A stretch of 20,000 bases of DNA from Takakia lepidozioides (Eukaryota; Plantae; Bryophyta): contig JAKLZA010000174.1 in the NCBI GenBank assembly GCA_030704615.1, forward strand, positions 1 through 20,000, given 5' to 3'. Made by a program: the position numbers and the translations under genes. This document shows, piece by piece, positions 1 to 11,179 of the stretch (position 1 is the first letter of the stretch; each line of letters begins with the position of its first letter). The notes under the pieces were generated by a model. That model was not told where the DNA came from and searched no databases. It saw nothing but the letters and a program-made list of their open reading frames with translations.

Positions 1-230
1 TCCCTCACCCTCCTCCTCTCACTCTTCCTCCCTCCCCTCCCTCCATCCCTACTTTGTTTTTCTTTGCTCTCGAGCTCTCCCGTGCGCAACTACCCCCGTG
101 TGCCGGAGCGTTTTAGGCGGCGGTGACGCAACACTGACACGCCACGGCGTTCAAACCCGCGCCGCACCCTCTCTCACTCTCCTCTCGCCCTAATCACTCT
201 CTCTCTCCCTCTTCTATGTCTTGTTTGTTT
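1..230. repeat. CT-rich low-complexity tracts flanking the retroelement
   Basis: Pyrimidine runs at 1-70 and 166-230 (ccctctctcactct...), each followed by a T-rich stretch and then GC-rich sequence. Confidence 0.5.
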
Positions 231-285
231 GAGCGAGCTGGGAGCGGGCCCCGTGACCTGCTGGTGGAGCGCCGCGGGGGGACCG

Positions 286-477
286 TGTCGTGCGCATACA
301 TATCGCTACACACTACATCGATGTCCAAAACCACACAACAATGTGCACAACCACACACTAGTATACCACTAGTTCTACCACTAGTCCACCACTAGTCCAA
401 ACCACTAGCTACAAACTAGTCAGTCACTAGGCTGCCACTACGCTGCCCACTATGGCAGTCGCAAGTAGTTCCACACA
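286..477 (-). repeat. Extra partial LTR (U3-start portion) in tandem outside the 3' LTR
   Basis: tgtcgtgcgcatacatatcgctacac...ccacaca (286-477) aligns with 798-994, with small indels. Confidence 0.88.
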
Positions 478-478
478 A

Positions 479-994
479 TGATAAAGAAGAAGAATACAAG
501 CACAAGCTCATGCGAGATCACAAAGCTGAAGCATAAACTATGCATATATAACTCATCACTCAAATACAGTCAAGCAAAGTGCACCCCACGCCATGGGGAA
601 ATCCACACTACGGGCGCCAAGCTAGGCGCGGGGAGGCTCAAATCGAGAAAGATGAGCCTCCCGCGCTTGCTGTGAAGATTAACCACTCCAGGGCCTTAAT
701 CGCCTTGAAACCTGGTTGACACTGGGCCAATCCCAAATGTCAATATGTAAAGTAGCTATTCAGCTAGTTTCCATTAGTGGTAAAATAAACTGACAGCTGT
801 CGTGCGATACATATCGCTACACAACTACTCGCTGTCCAAAACCACCACAACAATGTGCACACCACACACTAGTATACCAATAGTCTACAATAGTCCAGCC
901 ACTAGTCCAACCACTAGGCTAAAACTAGTCCAACCACTAGGCTACAACTAGTCAGACACTACGCTGCACACTATGGCAGTCGTTAGTCCACACA
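479..994 (-). repeat. Complete 3' LTR (about 516 bp, TG...CA)
   Basis: Starts TGATAAAG at 479 and ends CCACACA at 994. It lies next to the PPT, and 479-761 matches 11180-11450. Contains short ccactagt(cca) repeats at about 865-955. Confidence 0.88.
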
Positions 995-995
995 A

Positions 996-1004
996 TCGCC
1001 CCCT
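996..1004 (-). other. Polypurine tract
   Basis: Minus strand reads AGGGGGCGA-T-TGTGTGG, i.e. 1 nt before the TG that starts the 3' LTR. Confidence 0.75.
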
Positions 1005-1251
1005 AGCTGGTGCTTAGGTCACTCTAATCCAGGTAGCCACAAGATGTGATTAGTGACCATAGCCTCACTAAGGCCTCCACCACTATCCCTACTACATCAA
1101 ACTCGATAGATCAAGAGGGCCGGGTGCAAGAGTTGCCTCCCATCGTTAGGTCGCCGTCGTGCAACTGTGAACTGAGCTTGGGATCTATGTATTGATTCTA
1201 TGAGGCTTGGCCTCCCATGTTTGTAGCTGCCCTCAGTCATGTCCACTGCCA

Positions 1252-1400
1252 CTATCCCAAGCAGTGGGAACACAACCAATCTCCGTAAGGAACCTTCTCA
1301 AGACGGTGGTGTCAAGAATCCCATATGCAACCACTTGAGCACCGATCACACACCAGGCATGGTGGCTGCCCCTTTGGCAGACCCACAGAGCATGAACCTC
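1252..1400 (-). pseudogene. PHD finger at the C-terminus of the polyprotein (frameshifted)
   Basis: Joining minus-strand frames gives xMLCGSAKGAATMLVCDRCSSGxHMGxLTPPLEKVPYGDWLCSHCLG*. This has C4HC3 PHD spacing and the typical PPL..VP.GDWxC..C tail, with two Cys ligands mutated or misread. Confidence 0.82.
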
Positions 1401-1548
1401 AAACAGGCAGGTACCACTGCCAAGTTTGGGTCAACTTGCAATCGACATGCCAAGTTTGGGTCAACTCTGCCATCGACATTGGGAAGGTGACATGGCGCAC
1501 AATTACGCACATGGTCTTTCCAAGTCATGCCATCCCGACCCTCTAAGA

Positions 1549-3048
1549 TCAGGACCCTGAGGGCAACACCTCTCGAACCCTCAGAATAACACGCCCTGCA
1601 GTAACATCCAGAGTCGTAGGAGCAGTCTGCTGCAAATAAACATAGTCACCAGGGCTAAACCTCCGAACCCCAGGACGATATCCTCCACCACGTATAGTGG
1701 CATACCTCAACGTATCACGGTGCTGTGCAATGGCAAGGTTCTCAAAAGCCATGGGCATGACTTTCTTGAACAACTCTGCACGCTGATCACATGCACGTAC
1801 CCACACGTCCGGATCGTCAAGGTTAAGGACTTGAGCAGTGTCCCTACGAATGGCTGCAGGCAAATCCGGCTCTCGGCCAAAGAGAAGGAAATATGGTGAG
1901 AAGGAGGCAAGTGATGCTTGTTTGCTGAACCTGTAGCCCATGGCTAACCAAGGAACCTGAAGATCCCAATCTCCTAGGTGTCCCTTCTGCAAGCCATACT
2001 TGCGCAAACCCCTCTTCACCGTCTGAACAACTCTCTCTGCTAAGCCATCGGCCTCAGGATGATCCCGAGAAGTGGTGCGGTGGTCTATCAAGGCTTTATC
2101 ACACAAAGCCTGAAACTCCCCCAAGAACTCTCTCCCTTGGTCCGTGAGTACCTCAGCTGGAGCACCAAATCGGCTAAGCACACGATCCAAGAATGCATAC
2201 GCAGCCCCCTCACTAGCCTTGTCAGGCAATGGAACCAACTCAATCCACTTGGAGAAGTGCTCCACCATCACCAACACATATCTGTGGTGGCGCATAGTCA
2301 GTGGCAACGGTCCTGCGAAGTCAAGACTCCACCTGTAGCCCAATCCCATGATTGGTAAAGGATGCAACTGTGGTGTAGGGGCGTTGAATGAAGCACGCAC
2401 CCTGTCACACACCATGCACCTAGCCACAAACTGTTGCACCTCTGTATGCATACCACGCCACCAATACTGCCCCTGCAGTAAACTGTGAGTGCGTCGCACT
2501 CCAAAATGCCCCAACTCCTCATGGGCATGCCGCACTAACCGTGCACGCTGTGTGGGGTGAGGCACAATCCTCACCCGACCATCCTCCCACACTCGAAGTA
2601 GGTGTATCCCCTCCCACTTGAACCTCTTGGCTCGTTGCAGGATCCGATCCCTCTCCCTGGCAGTCACAGTGGCTGCCGTGTCTCCCGTGCGGAGGTAGTC
2701 CAACACAGCCGAATCCTCATGTATATCTCTGGCACCACCTAGCTCATCACTAGCCTCAGGGTCCTCAGACACTCCGTCTACAGTCATCCCTGTTGTAGGT
2801 CCAACCTGACCTCCCGATGCCAAGATACACAAAAATGCAGATGCGTGCCATCCCGGCACCATCTCCTCGTCCGTCTCACCATGCCACCGAGCTCCAGTGT
2901 CATCCTGCTGGCTCATGCATGGATTGCGACTCAATCCATCCGCATCCCGATTGACCAAACCCGGTCGATGCACAACCTGAAAGTCATACTCCTGGAGTAT
3001 AAGTGCCCACCGTGCAAGCTTCCCCGTAAGCTTGTCTGACTCCATCAA
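1549..3048 (-). CDS. pol fragment: end of RNase H, linker and DDE integrase (HHCC, core, GPY/F-like region)
   Basis: KLARWALILQEYDFQVVHRPG..NRDADGLSR; HEELGH...CMVC; WSLDFAGP, LTDQGREF, GLAERVVQTVK; FSPGDYVYL. Confidence 0.95.
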   Translation of the reverse strand: MMESDKLTGKLARWALILQEYDFQVVHRPGLVNRDADGLSRNPCMSQQDDTGARWHGETDEEMVPGWHASAFLCILASGGQVGPTTGMTVDGVSEDPEASDELGGARDIHEDSAVLDYLRTGDTAATVTARERDRILQRAKRFKWEGIHLLRVWEDGRVRIVPHPTQRARLVRHAHEELGHFGVRRTHSLLQGQYWWRGMHTEVQQFVARCMVCDRVRASFNAPTPQLHPLPIMGLGYRWSLDFAGPLPLTMRHHRYVLVMVEHFSKWIELVPLPDKASEGAAYAFLDRVLSRFGAPAEVLTDQGREFLGEFQALCDKALIDHRTTSRDHPEADGLAERVVQTVKRGLRKYGLQKGHLGDWDLQVPWLAMGYRFSKQASLASFSPYFLLFGREPDLPAAIRRDTAQVLNLDDPDVWVRACDQRAELFKKVMPMAFENLAIAQHRDTLRYATIRGGGYRPGVRRFSPGDYVYLQQTAPTTLDVTAGRVILRVREVLPSGS

Positions 3049-3320
3049 CCACTTGAGTGGCTGGTGATCCGTGACAAGGGTGAAAAGATTGCCGTATAGA
3101 TAGCACCTTGTGTGCCACGGCCCACACTGCAGCTAAGCACTCTTCCCTCATGTGAGCTTACTTAGCCTCTGCAGCGTTGTTCGAGCGTCTAGCAAAGCCA
3201 CTACGAACTCTCTTCCCCCTCATCATCCACCTGTGTGAGCACCGCTCCAGCCCCACATGCCTAATCCGTATGCAGCTGAAAGGGACGCCCCCTGATAGGT
3301 TCTCAAGATAGGCGCCGAGG
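2926..3320 (-). pseudogene. RNase H domain (frameshifted in 3050-3320)
   Basis: Joined frames give APIL..PFQLHTD..GAVLTQ..RSNNAAEAK..ECLAAVWAVAH..CYLYGNLFTLVTDHQPLKWL. Confidence 0.88.
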
Positions 3321-4300
3321 TCAACCTCGCCTGGAGCTCTTGAAAAGCTCGTTCCTGCTCATCTTCCCCTCCCACTGCCACTCCTGGTCCACCTTGGTCA
3401 GCTTGGTTAGAGCCTTTGCAATGGTACTAAATCCCTTGACAAACCGTCTATAATAGTTTGCCAACCCCATGAAAGCTCGAACTCGGCTCACATCCGTGGG
3501 GCGTGGAATTTGTGCAATGGCCTCTACCTTAGTCTGCTGTACCCCCAATCCTCCAGGATATATCATGTGACCCAGATACTCAATCTGGTTGTGGAAAAAC
3601 TTGCACTTCCCCGGATGCAACTTCAATCCGTGCGCTCTCAAGCGCTCCAATACCACCTGAAGGTGTCTCTCATGCTCCTCCATCGTAACACTAAAGATGA
3701 TGATGTCATCTATGTAGCACCGAGCAAAGTCCACCCCTGCTAGAATCCTATCCATGACTCTTTGAAACTCTGCAGGAGCATTCTTAAGCCCAAATGGTAA
3801 GAACCGCCACTGATATAGGCAATCCTTGCCGTGCTCATTGATCCCCCAGAATGCCGTCTTCTGCTTGTCCGCCTCCTTGATTGGCAACTGGTGATATCCG
3901 GATCGTAAATCCAAAGTGCTAAAGGCCTTAGCATGCCCGATGGCATCAAAGATCTCCTCTGGTGTTGGCATGGCATACTTATCGGACTTGGTCTGACGAT
4001 TTACAGGCCGGTAATCCCGCACATACGTCTCTCCGTCCATTGCCATAGACATCCTTCTTGGCTGGCATCACTGTGGCTGAAGCATACTCTCCACCAGAGA
4101 GCTCCACCAAACCTGCCTCCCAGAGATCTTGAGTCCTCATCTGAATCAAAGACCTCTCCATGTCACTGTATCTATAGGGTCTCCGAAAGATTGGCGTGTC
4201 AGTGGCCAACTCAATACGGATCTCTTGACCCTTCAGTGCTCCCAAGTCCTTCAAACTGAAGCAAAGCAATTCCTTAAGCCCTCAGGAACCGCCGTATACG
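3321..4300 (-). pseudogene. Reverse transcriptase (frameshifts near 4030-4050)
   Basis: PIFRRPYRYS, DYRPVN, LDLRSGYHQ, KTAF, LPFGLKNAPAEFQ, YIDD (3716-3705), KCKFF, YLGH, FMGLANYYRRFV. Confidence 0.96.
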
Positions 4301-4709
4301 TCGTCTCTCTCCTCCGTGACAATGGGTCCAATGTCAGGCTCCCAATTGTCCTCCGTAACTGCAACCTTAAGTCCAGTGGGCTTAGAGGTAGAGGACGCGT
4401 CCAGTGGTTGCTATGTTGCACCTCTTTAGCAGTACTCCCTGCCTGCTCAGTCAATGACAAGGCCTCATCCTGCCCCATCATCATCATCCTGAGGACCTCC
4501 TCAACCCGAGAAGAATCCCCAACCTCATCCATCACAGCCGCCTTGGCTGCCAACTCCCTCTGAACCTCGAGCACCTCCCACGTGTGCCATGGATGCATGC
4601 ACCCCGTGGTCCTCACATGCTCGCCCCCACTCACTGCCTGTACCGTCTCGGTAGGCAGAGAGACATTGAGGGAAGTGTACTCCGCACTCTGCGTTGCTCA
4701 GCCAGAGCC

Positions 4710-5650
4710 AAGCTGATAATCCAGGTCAAGCAATTGAGATCCATTGCTTGCCCCAACACTTGACGACGTGATGCCTCAGAAGAGACGACACCGCCGTGGT
4801 ACCAGTGGTAAAACCCATTGCCCGCTCACGCTCGTCAGCATTAGGCTCCACTAACTGCTGCAACTGAGCATCCCACAGGAGGCCAGGTCCACTATCCCGG
4901 AAAGCATGCGATCCTGGGAAGCTGAGCAGTGTAGGTAATGCTGCTCGTGTTGACCCACCTGTTGACCACTGCCAAAGGCGAACGGTCATCGTGTCTCACA
5001 CGCTTGAGACTGCCTCCCTGTGTCCAGAATGTTATCCACTGTGAGATGTGCTGGCCGCTGCACCCCCATCAAATGCACGCTTGAGCAGTGCGGGTGGCAT
5101 CAGTTAGTCCACCATAGCCGTGGACGATGAGCCCGTGACCCCACTGTAGCTGCATCTAGCAACACTGTGACCCAAGCCACGACCGGACTTGATGCACACT
5201 GGCCATCACCCTGCCCGAGAATCGCCCATCAGTGGCACATTCTCCAAGATGTATGCTGGAGATACAGCTTGATGAAGCTGCAAGTGGCGCAAAACCCGCA
5301 CCATCTCCCAAAACAGACCCGACCTCGAGTCTCGCAATCCATTGCCATGCCCGGCTGATGAATGCCCTTGGCAGGGCCAACCTGCCACTACCAGATCAAT
5401 GGAGCCAACCCGCTCCAAATCCTGCGCCCCCAGCAACGAAATGTCTGCTGGCAAGGCCTGCTGATATCCCACGAATTGCAGACACCGACAACAACTCAGG
5501 GTACGCTGCACCAACTGAGCAACATGGCGAAATGAAACGCGTCGTGCAGTCTCATCCCTCTCCACATACAGGTAACGCCGAACTCGTACACCTGCCTGTA
5601 ACACAGCAGCCAATCCGTGCTGATCCCGCCAAACAAGTCCAGAAGACAAA
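4710..5650 (-). pseudogene. DNA (cytosine-5) methyltransferase domain, DNMT3-like, within pol between PR and RT
   Basis: Motif I LLDLFGGIS (F at 5633-5631); motif II YLYVERD; motif IV IDLVVAGWPCQGHS (Cys 5373-5371); motif VI YILENV (ENV at 5244-5236); motif VIII LDAATVGSRAHRPRLWWTN (5159-5103); motif IX ERERAMGF; motif X RRQVLGQAMD (about 4770-4740). Confidence 0.93.
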
Positions 5651-6056
5651 TGCTTCATCCGGATACTGCCACACAATAGGTGGTGTCCAATGGAGACAAT
5701 TGAGGTGGTCCTGGTGCAATCCCCACACTCTCCTCCTCTCCTGACGGTACAAAAGCCTCCACCCAGGCTTGTTGCACCCGTCGATCAGCATCCCGCTGCA
5801 AATCCTTGCTCGTGCCCCACAATGGAGTCTGAGCAACCATGGTAGGCAACTCCGCCATACCATACATGTCATCCTGCTCTCCCGGAGGTGGTACATCCTC
5901 TGAATGAGCATTGCCCTCAAGCAACTCTCTAGGCCAACTCACTGCCGCTGTGAATGCTGCTAGTGTCGGCATCTTGCCTCGCTGGGCAACCGCAACTCCT
6001 CCTATGAACGTCACAGGGAGCTGCACACGCCGGCCCTCCCCTGACTGCCATGCAGC

Positions 6057-6400
6057 CTATAGGAAGCTGACTCCTCCCAAAAATCCAGGGTGAAGCCCAT
6101 GGGTACAACACTGCCCCACCAACCAGACATCGTATGAGACTGCGTCTGTCACAATGGCCTTGGCTCGCATCACTGAGCCATCTGTAGGGTGATCCGGCCG
6201 TAGTCTGATAGCCAACTCACGCCGTGTCATGCCCCGAGCCTGCTCCGATCCTCCCAGACGTCTGTATCTGGAAACAAGCTCCATATCCGCCTCCGTGAGG
6301 CCCAAGCCTGCAATAGCAGCTCTGCCCAGCATCAATGGCTGAGCTCCCGAGTCCAACAAGACCCGCAGTGGCCGTACCTCTTGCCTGCCGGTCCACTCAA
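6057..6400 (-). pseudogene. Retropepsin-like aspartic protease
   Basis: RVLLDSGAQPLML (Asp at 6353), followed by a YDV(L)VG-type C-terminal motif. Confidence 0.85.
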
Positions 6401-7059
6401 ACAGAAAATGCCATCCTGGTTGTCTAACATGACAACTCCAGGTGTCACCCATGGCGCGCTCAATGGCTGGCCTAGCTGGCAGCTCCATCACCTGGCAGCT
6501 GCAGCTTGCCATGGCGCCGCCGTGGCAGTCTTGACCCTCAAATCCGAGGATCCCTCCGGCACTACACCTCCCACTATCTCCGCAGAAGATGAAGTAACCT
6601 CCCCACTCTCACAGAGTGTAGCTGCCAGCCTGAACACCTCAGCTGGTTTTACCCCCGGCGTCGCAATCATGGTAGCCGAGAACAATGGAGCCTGGCACAC
6701 AGATGTGGCCGCTCCTAGCAGCACACTAGCTGCCGTAGCCTTGGCAACACTAGGTAGTGGTGCTACCCGTGTAGCTCTCCCAATGGCATAGTAACCTCCG
6801 CCTCGGTAACCGTCGGGCGAGAACTAGGTGCCATGGATGGCGTCGACACTGTCTCCGCCAATGTGAATGACTGAGGAAGCCTAGCCTGACGGCTTGCCTC
6901 CCCACGCTGTGGATCCAACTCCACCTCTGCACCTCGTGGCTCAGGAACGTGCTGCTCCTCGAGTCACGGCTGCAGACTCCACCTGCACTAGTGGTAGTGC
7001 TGCTCCACACATGAATCCCATGCCTCCCATATCTCCTCCTCAGGAGCAGGAGGTGGACC

Positions 7060-8343
7060 ATCCGGCCTTAGAGCCGGTACCACCTGAGCTGTAGCCATGG
7101 CAGCGAGCCTCTGCTCTAGCTGCTGAAGCCGGTTGGCCATGCCTTGGTCAACACCCTGACCTCCGCGTCCTTGGCCACGTTGAGCTTGCCCTGGCCTCGT
7201 GGCTGGCCACCTCGTCCTCTCTGGGCTGCTCCACCTCGCCCCCGCCACCATTGTTCCCTTGGAACTGGCCTGGGCGCAACTCAGGATGCAAACCATAACA
7301 CTGGGCCTCTCCATGCCCGTGCTTGCCACAATGCCCACACTGCAACTGTGCAGGCTGTGCATGTGCCGACCCTTGCCTCCCTCTGGGCAATCCTTCTTGA
7401 CATGGGGTCCTCCACATGTCCAGCACACACATCCGCCCGTTGTTGGCCAGCAAATGAAGGGAGAGACCCCTGCATCTGAGGTCCTCTCTGCCCTTCCCTG
7501 AGCTTCACCTGAGCCCCCTTGTTGCCTTGAGCACGTTGAGGTAGTGGTTGGCTAGGAGCACCACTACCCCGTGGTGTCTCCTTAGCAAATCCCACCATGA
7601 CCACTCGTTCCTCCACCATGTTGAGCTCTATCCGCTCTGCCAGCAAAAACACATTTGCTAAGGTGGGTTGGGCCGCTTGTAGGAGAGTTGCATCCCGCAC
7701 CCTTCTCCTCAGCTCCTTGTCCAATATCCCATACCAGAATTGGACTGCCTGAGCTTCCGTAACCCCTTGGGTTACATTTATCAAGCCCACAAGGGTTGAA
7801 GGCAGGCACGGGTGCTAGTGCTGTGCGGTAGTGGCTTGGGTGGACGTCGTAGCTACTGTACCACCAGTCCCACTAGTTCCACTGCTACTTGCTGAAGCTG
7901 CGGTTGCAGCGGCAGGTGTAGCCACTGCCCTCGTGGCTCTAGTGCCCCTAGTGATGGAGACATAGTCGGGTGACCAGTACATCCTCCACTCCTCGATCTC
8001 AACCTCATGCCCCCGCCTGAACTCATGGTAATCATCCATAGGCGGCCCTCAAGGTGCTGAAACAGCCCTTTCCATGCCATGAACGGCGTAAATAGTTGTG
8101 GATTGCGCATTTGCTGCAAATCACACCAACTATCAAACTCTTGGATAAAATCATCCAACTCGATGGTGCCCACCGCCCCAGAGTACCTTCGTGGCCCCTT
8201 GGTAGCTCCATACATCTCCTCCATTGTGTCCCACAACAATGGCAAAGAAAACAACTGCACGCCGGTATGAGTCCTCCTGATTCACAATCCGAATCAGAAC
8301 CTTCCGTGGAAGACACAGGAGGTGAAGGTGGCCTAAACCGCAC
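7060..8343 (-). pseudogene. gag (frameshifted) with two zinc knuckles
   Basis: YSGAVGTIELDDFIQEFDSWC; AVQFWYGILDKELRRRV..TLANVFLLAERIE; CWTCGGPHVKKDC (7425-7387); CGHCGKHGHGEAQC (7339-7298). Confidence 0.82.
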
Positions 8344-9139
8344 ACCTCGTCTCGTGTACCCACTAGTATCGCTAGTGCTCGAACCGGCACTGTCCCAGCA
8401 ACTAGTGGCACCTCCGTGTTGACACTCAACCGGTCATGAACATGTCCCTAACCCCTCTTCACAAGGTAACCGGGTAGAGAACCTGTTGCGGCTTATGGTT
8501 TGGAATACTAAGTTCCTAACATAGCCTACACCTGTACCTGTACCTGCATCCACCGCAAGCACTCCTATGGTTGGTGGTCATCACCTCCAACCTCACCACA
8601 GGAGAAACAATGATGGTCTGGCTGGTCATCACCCCAGCCTCACCATCGACAGCATGCTCTAGGACTGGCCGGTGATCAAATCCGGACCAATCACCTATAA
8701 AACAAGCGCCCACACAAACTAGCATGGCGCACAGTCAAGCATGCAGGTATGGAGGGGATCCAAACACAAGAAATCAGAACGACAACTCCCCCACACCAAA
8801 AACAACTCCACGGTGTTGCTCCTGCAAGGACACCCCAGCCCAAACCCGGACTGACTCTTGCCTCCACCTACGGAAAGGTCTTGGCCTAATGAGGGTGGAA
8901 ACTACGAGGAAGAGAAGCTAAGCAATGCCTAACCCCAGCATGCCCTCATCCCAACACTCTTCTTCCCTCCTCTCTCCCCTCACTTGCATGACCATGGGAA
9001 TATCATGAAGATACTCCTCAAACCGCCCTCCACGAGCTTCAAAATTCGGCCTTCCAGACCACATGCCAGTCCTTAGGCAGTCCACAGTGCCTCCACGAGT
9101 CAGCACAGGCCGTCCACAGGTCAAACGGGCCACCACAGA

Positions 9140-9660
9140 CCAGCACAGGCCCACACAGCTCACTGGTCACAGCCGTCACAGTCCACAGGCCACTGGGCAC
9201 ACCTGTCACAGCCCCTCATAGCCCGTCACAGCTCTGTCACAGCCTCACAGCCCCACAGGCCACTGTGTCACAGCCCTCACCCCACATCCACAGCCACGGC
9301 CTGACACAGCCCCTCACAAGCCCCTCACACACAGGCAAAGGCAGGGCCTGTCACAGCCCCTCACAGCCCGTCATCATCAGGCACGGCCCACAGCCCATCA
9401 CAGCCCCAAAGGCCAAGCCTGTCACAGCCCGCCCGTCACAGCCCCACAGGCCACTGGGCACAGCCCACAGCCCCACAGTCACAGCCCACAGCCCTCACAG
9501 CCCACAGGCCACTGCCACAGCCCCACAGGCCACAGTCACAACCCCAAAGGCCACGGCACAGCCCACAGCCCGTCACAGCCCCAGCCTCAGGCACGCCTGA
9601 CACAGCCCCTCACAGCCCCCACAGCCCCAAAGGCCTCAGGCACAGCCCGTCACAGCCCCA
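9140..9660. repeat. (GT)CACAGCCC-type degenerate minisatellite in the element's 5' leader
   Basis: Dozens of cacagccc / gtcacagcc / cacaggcc units. Confidence 0.9.
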
Positions 9661-10094
9661 TCCATGCCGCTGGCAGTTTAGCCATTTCTCCAAGGGGTTT
9701 AGCCACGCCAAGCTAGGGTTGTGTCTCTTGGACTCTAGGCTTCTTTCCACCGAGCTATGGCGGCTGTGAGGAAATCAGCAAGGTATTCTTGCTCTTTCGG
9801 CTCCCACACACCACCATAGTAGCCCTAAGCCATGAGGTGGTTGCCACAAACCAAGCCTTCTTTCTCACTTAGCCTCCCCAAACACGCCACTAAACTCAAT
9901 GGCAAACAACCAAGCCCTGCTGGTTCCCAGCCCTTGTGAGCACTCATTCAAGCACTCTCCTTGGCCATAGCATCTGTCTTAGAGCCTATTCCAGCCCCCT
10001 ACACCTGCTGCTTCAAGAGTTGCGCTCCCTTCAAGCTTGAAGTTGAAACCCCAACTCACATAGGCCCTACAAGTGCTTTTCTTTCACTCCAAGT

Positions 10095-10520
10095 GGAAAC
10101 CAGCCCTAGACCTTCCGTTCTAGCTCTCTAAAGCTTGAAAACAAGAGCCTCAATGGGCTGAAGGCATGCTCCACACATGCCCCACTCTCACCATAAGAGA
10201 ATCAGCTCCTTTGCTTCATTTCTTGCACCCACAAACCTGAAAATACAAGCTTCAGCAGCTGAAAGCATGCTCCACATGCCCTACAGGGAAACCAGCCCCT
10301 TCCTTCCTTTCTTGCACTCCCACACCTGAAAGTGCAAGCCTTCACCAGGCTGATAGCATGCTCCACACATGCATTGCCCTCACATAAGGGAAGTCAGCCC
10401 TTCCCTCTTCTTGCTTGCCCTCCAAAGCTTGAAGATGGAAGCTTCAATGAGCTGAATACATGCTCCACACATGCAACCTCTTCACACAAGAGATATCAGC
10501 CCCCTATCTTGGCTCCTTGG
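10095..10520. repeat. Four degenerate tandem repeats of about 100 bp in the 5' leader
   Basis: Core gcatgctccacacatgc at about 10164, 10265, 10356 and 10459, each followed by cagccc..ttcttgc-like sequence. Confidence 0.8.
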
Positions 10521-11167
10521 CTCCTTGATGCTCTCTAAGACAAGACTAAGCACTCCACAGCCTTTGCCAAGCTCCTGAAACCCTAAGGCTTACATTTCCA
10601 GCCACAAGACACTTCTCTTGTGGTGCAAGAGCTCTTCTTCCAAGCTCTGAAACCCTAGGTGCACATTCCATGGCCTTGCCGCACCTCTTAGCTCCTGTTC
10701 CAGCCCTGCTCTTGCCATGACAAGAGCCCTCTCAATGCTGAAGCTCGAGATTGAAACCCAATCTCACCATACTCCACAAAGTGCACTGATTTGCCCCAAG
10801 CCAAATCAGCCCTTTTGCTTGGTCTTGCAATCCTTCACACAATGAAAGCTCGCATTCCCAAGTCCAGTTCTCAGCTTTGCCACCAAAGCCACTATAACCT
10901 GCTCTTGACTGGTCCTCTTCCCAATCGTGCTTGCTCATGCATGTACACAATCTGAACCATCAAGGTGCTCTGGAATTACCTGCAGCATGGTGCTTTCATC
11001 TCTGAAGCTGAAGATCGAATGCCAAGGTCTACCACCTCGTAACCCACATCGCCTCCGCTTCTAACAACCAAGAGCTCCACGGTGCTCCTTGCATAACAAC
11101 TTGGTTTCTCTCATTCTCAAGCAAAAACCACAAGTGCTACAACTAACTCGTATCTGGCACTCAGATA

Positions 11168-11179
11168 ATCTTTCTCGAG
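11168..11179 (-). other. Primer-binding site of self-priming type
   Basis: Directly follows the 5' LTR CA end on the minus strand. 11168-11180 (atctttctcgagt) is the perfect reverse complement of 11331-11343 (actcgagaaagat) inside the LTR. It does not begin with the TGG of tRNA-type PBSs. Confidence 0.75.

Noticed and set aside
1418-1478. 30-bp tandem duplication (tgccaagtttgggtcaact twice)
   Set aside because: Real but local: an in-frame duplication or read artefact in the integrase-PHD linker with no wider significance.
9265-9600. 111-aa Pro/Ser/Thr/His-rich ORF
   Set aside because: By-product of the CACAGCCC minisatellite.
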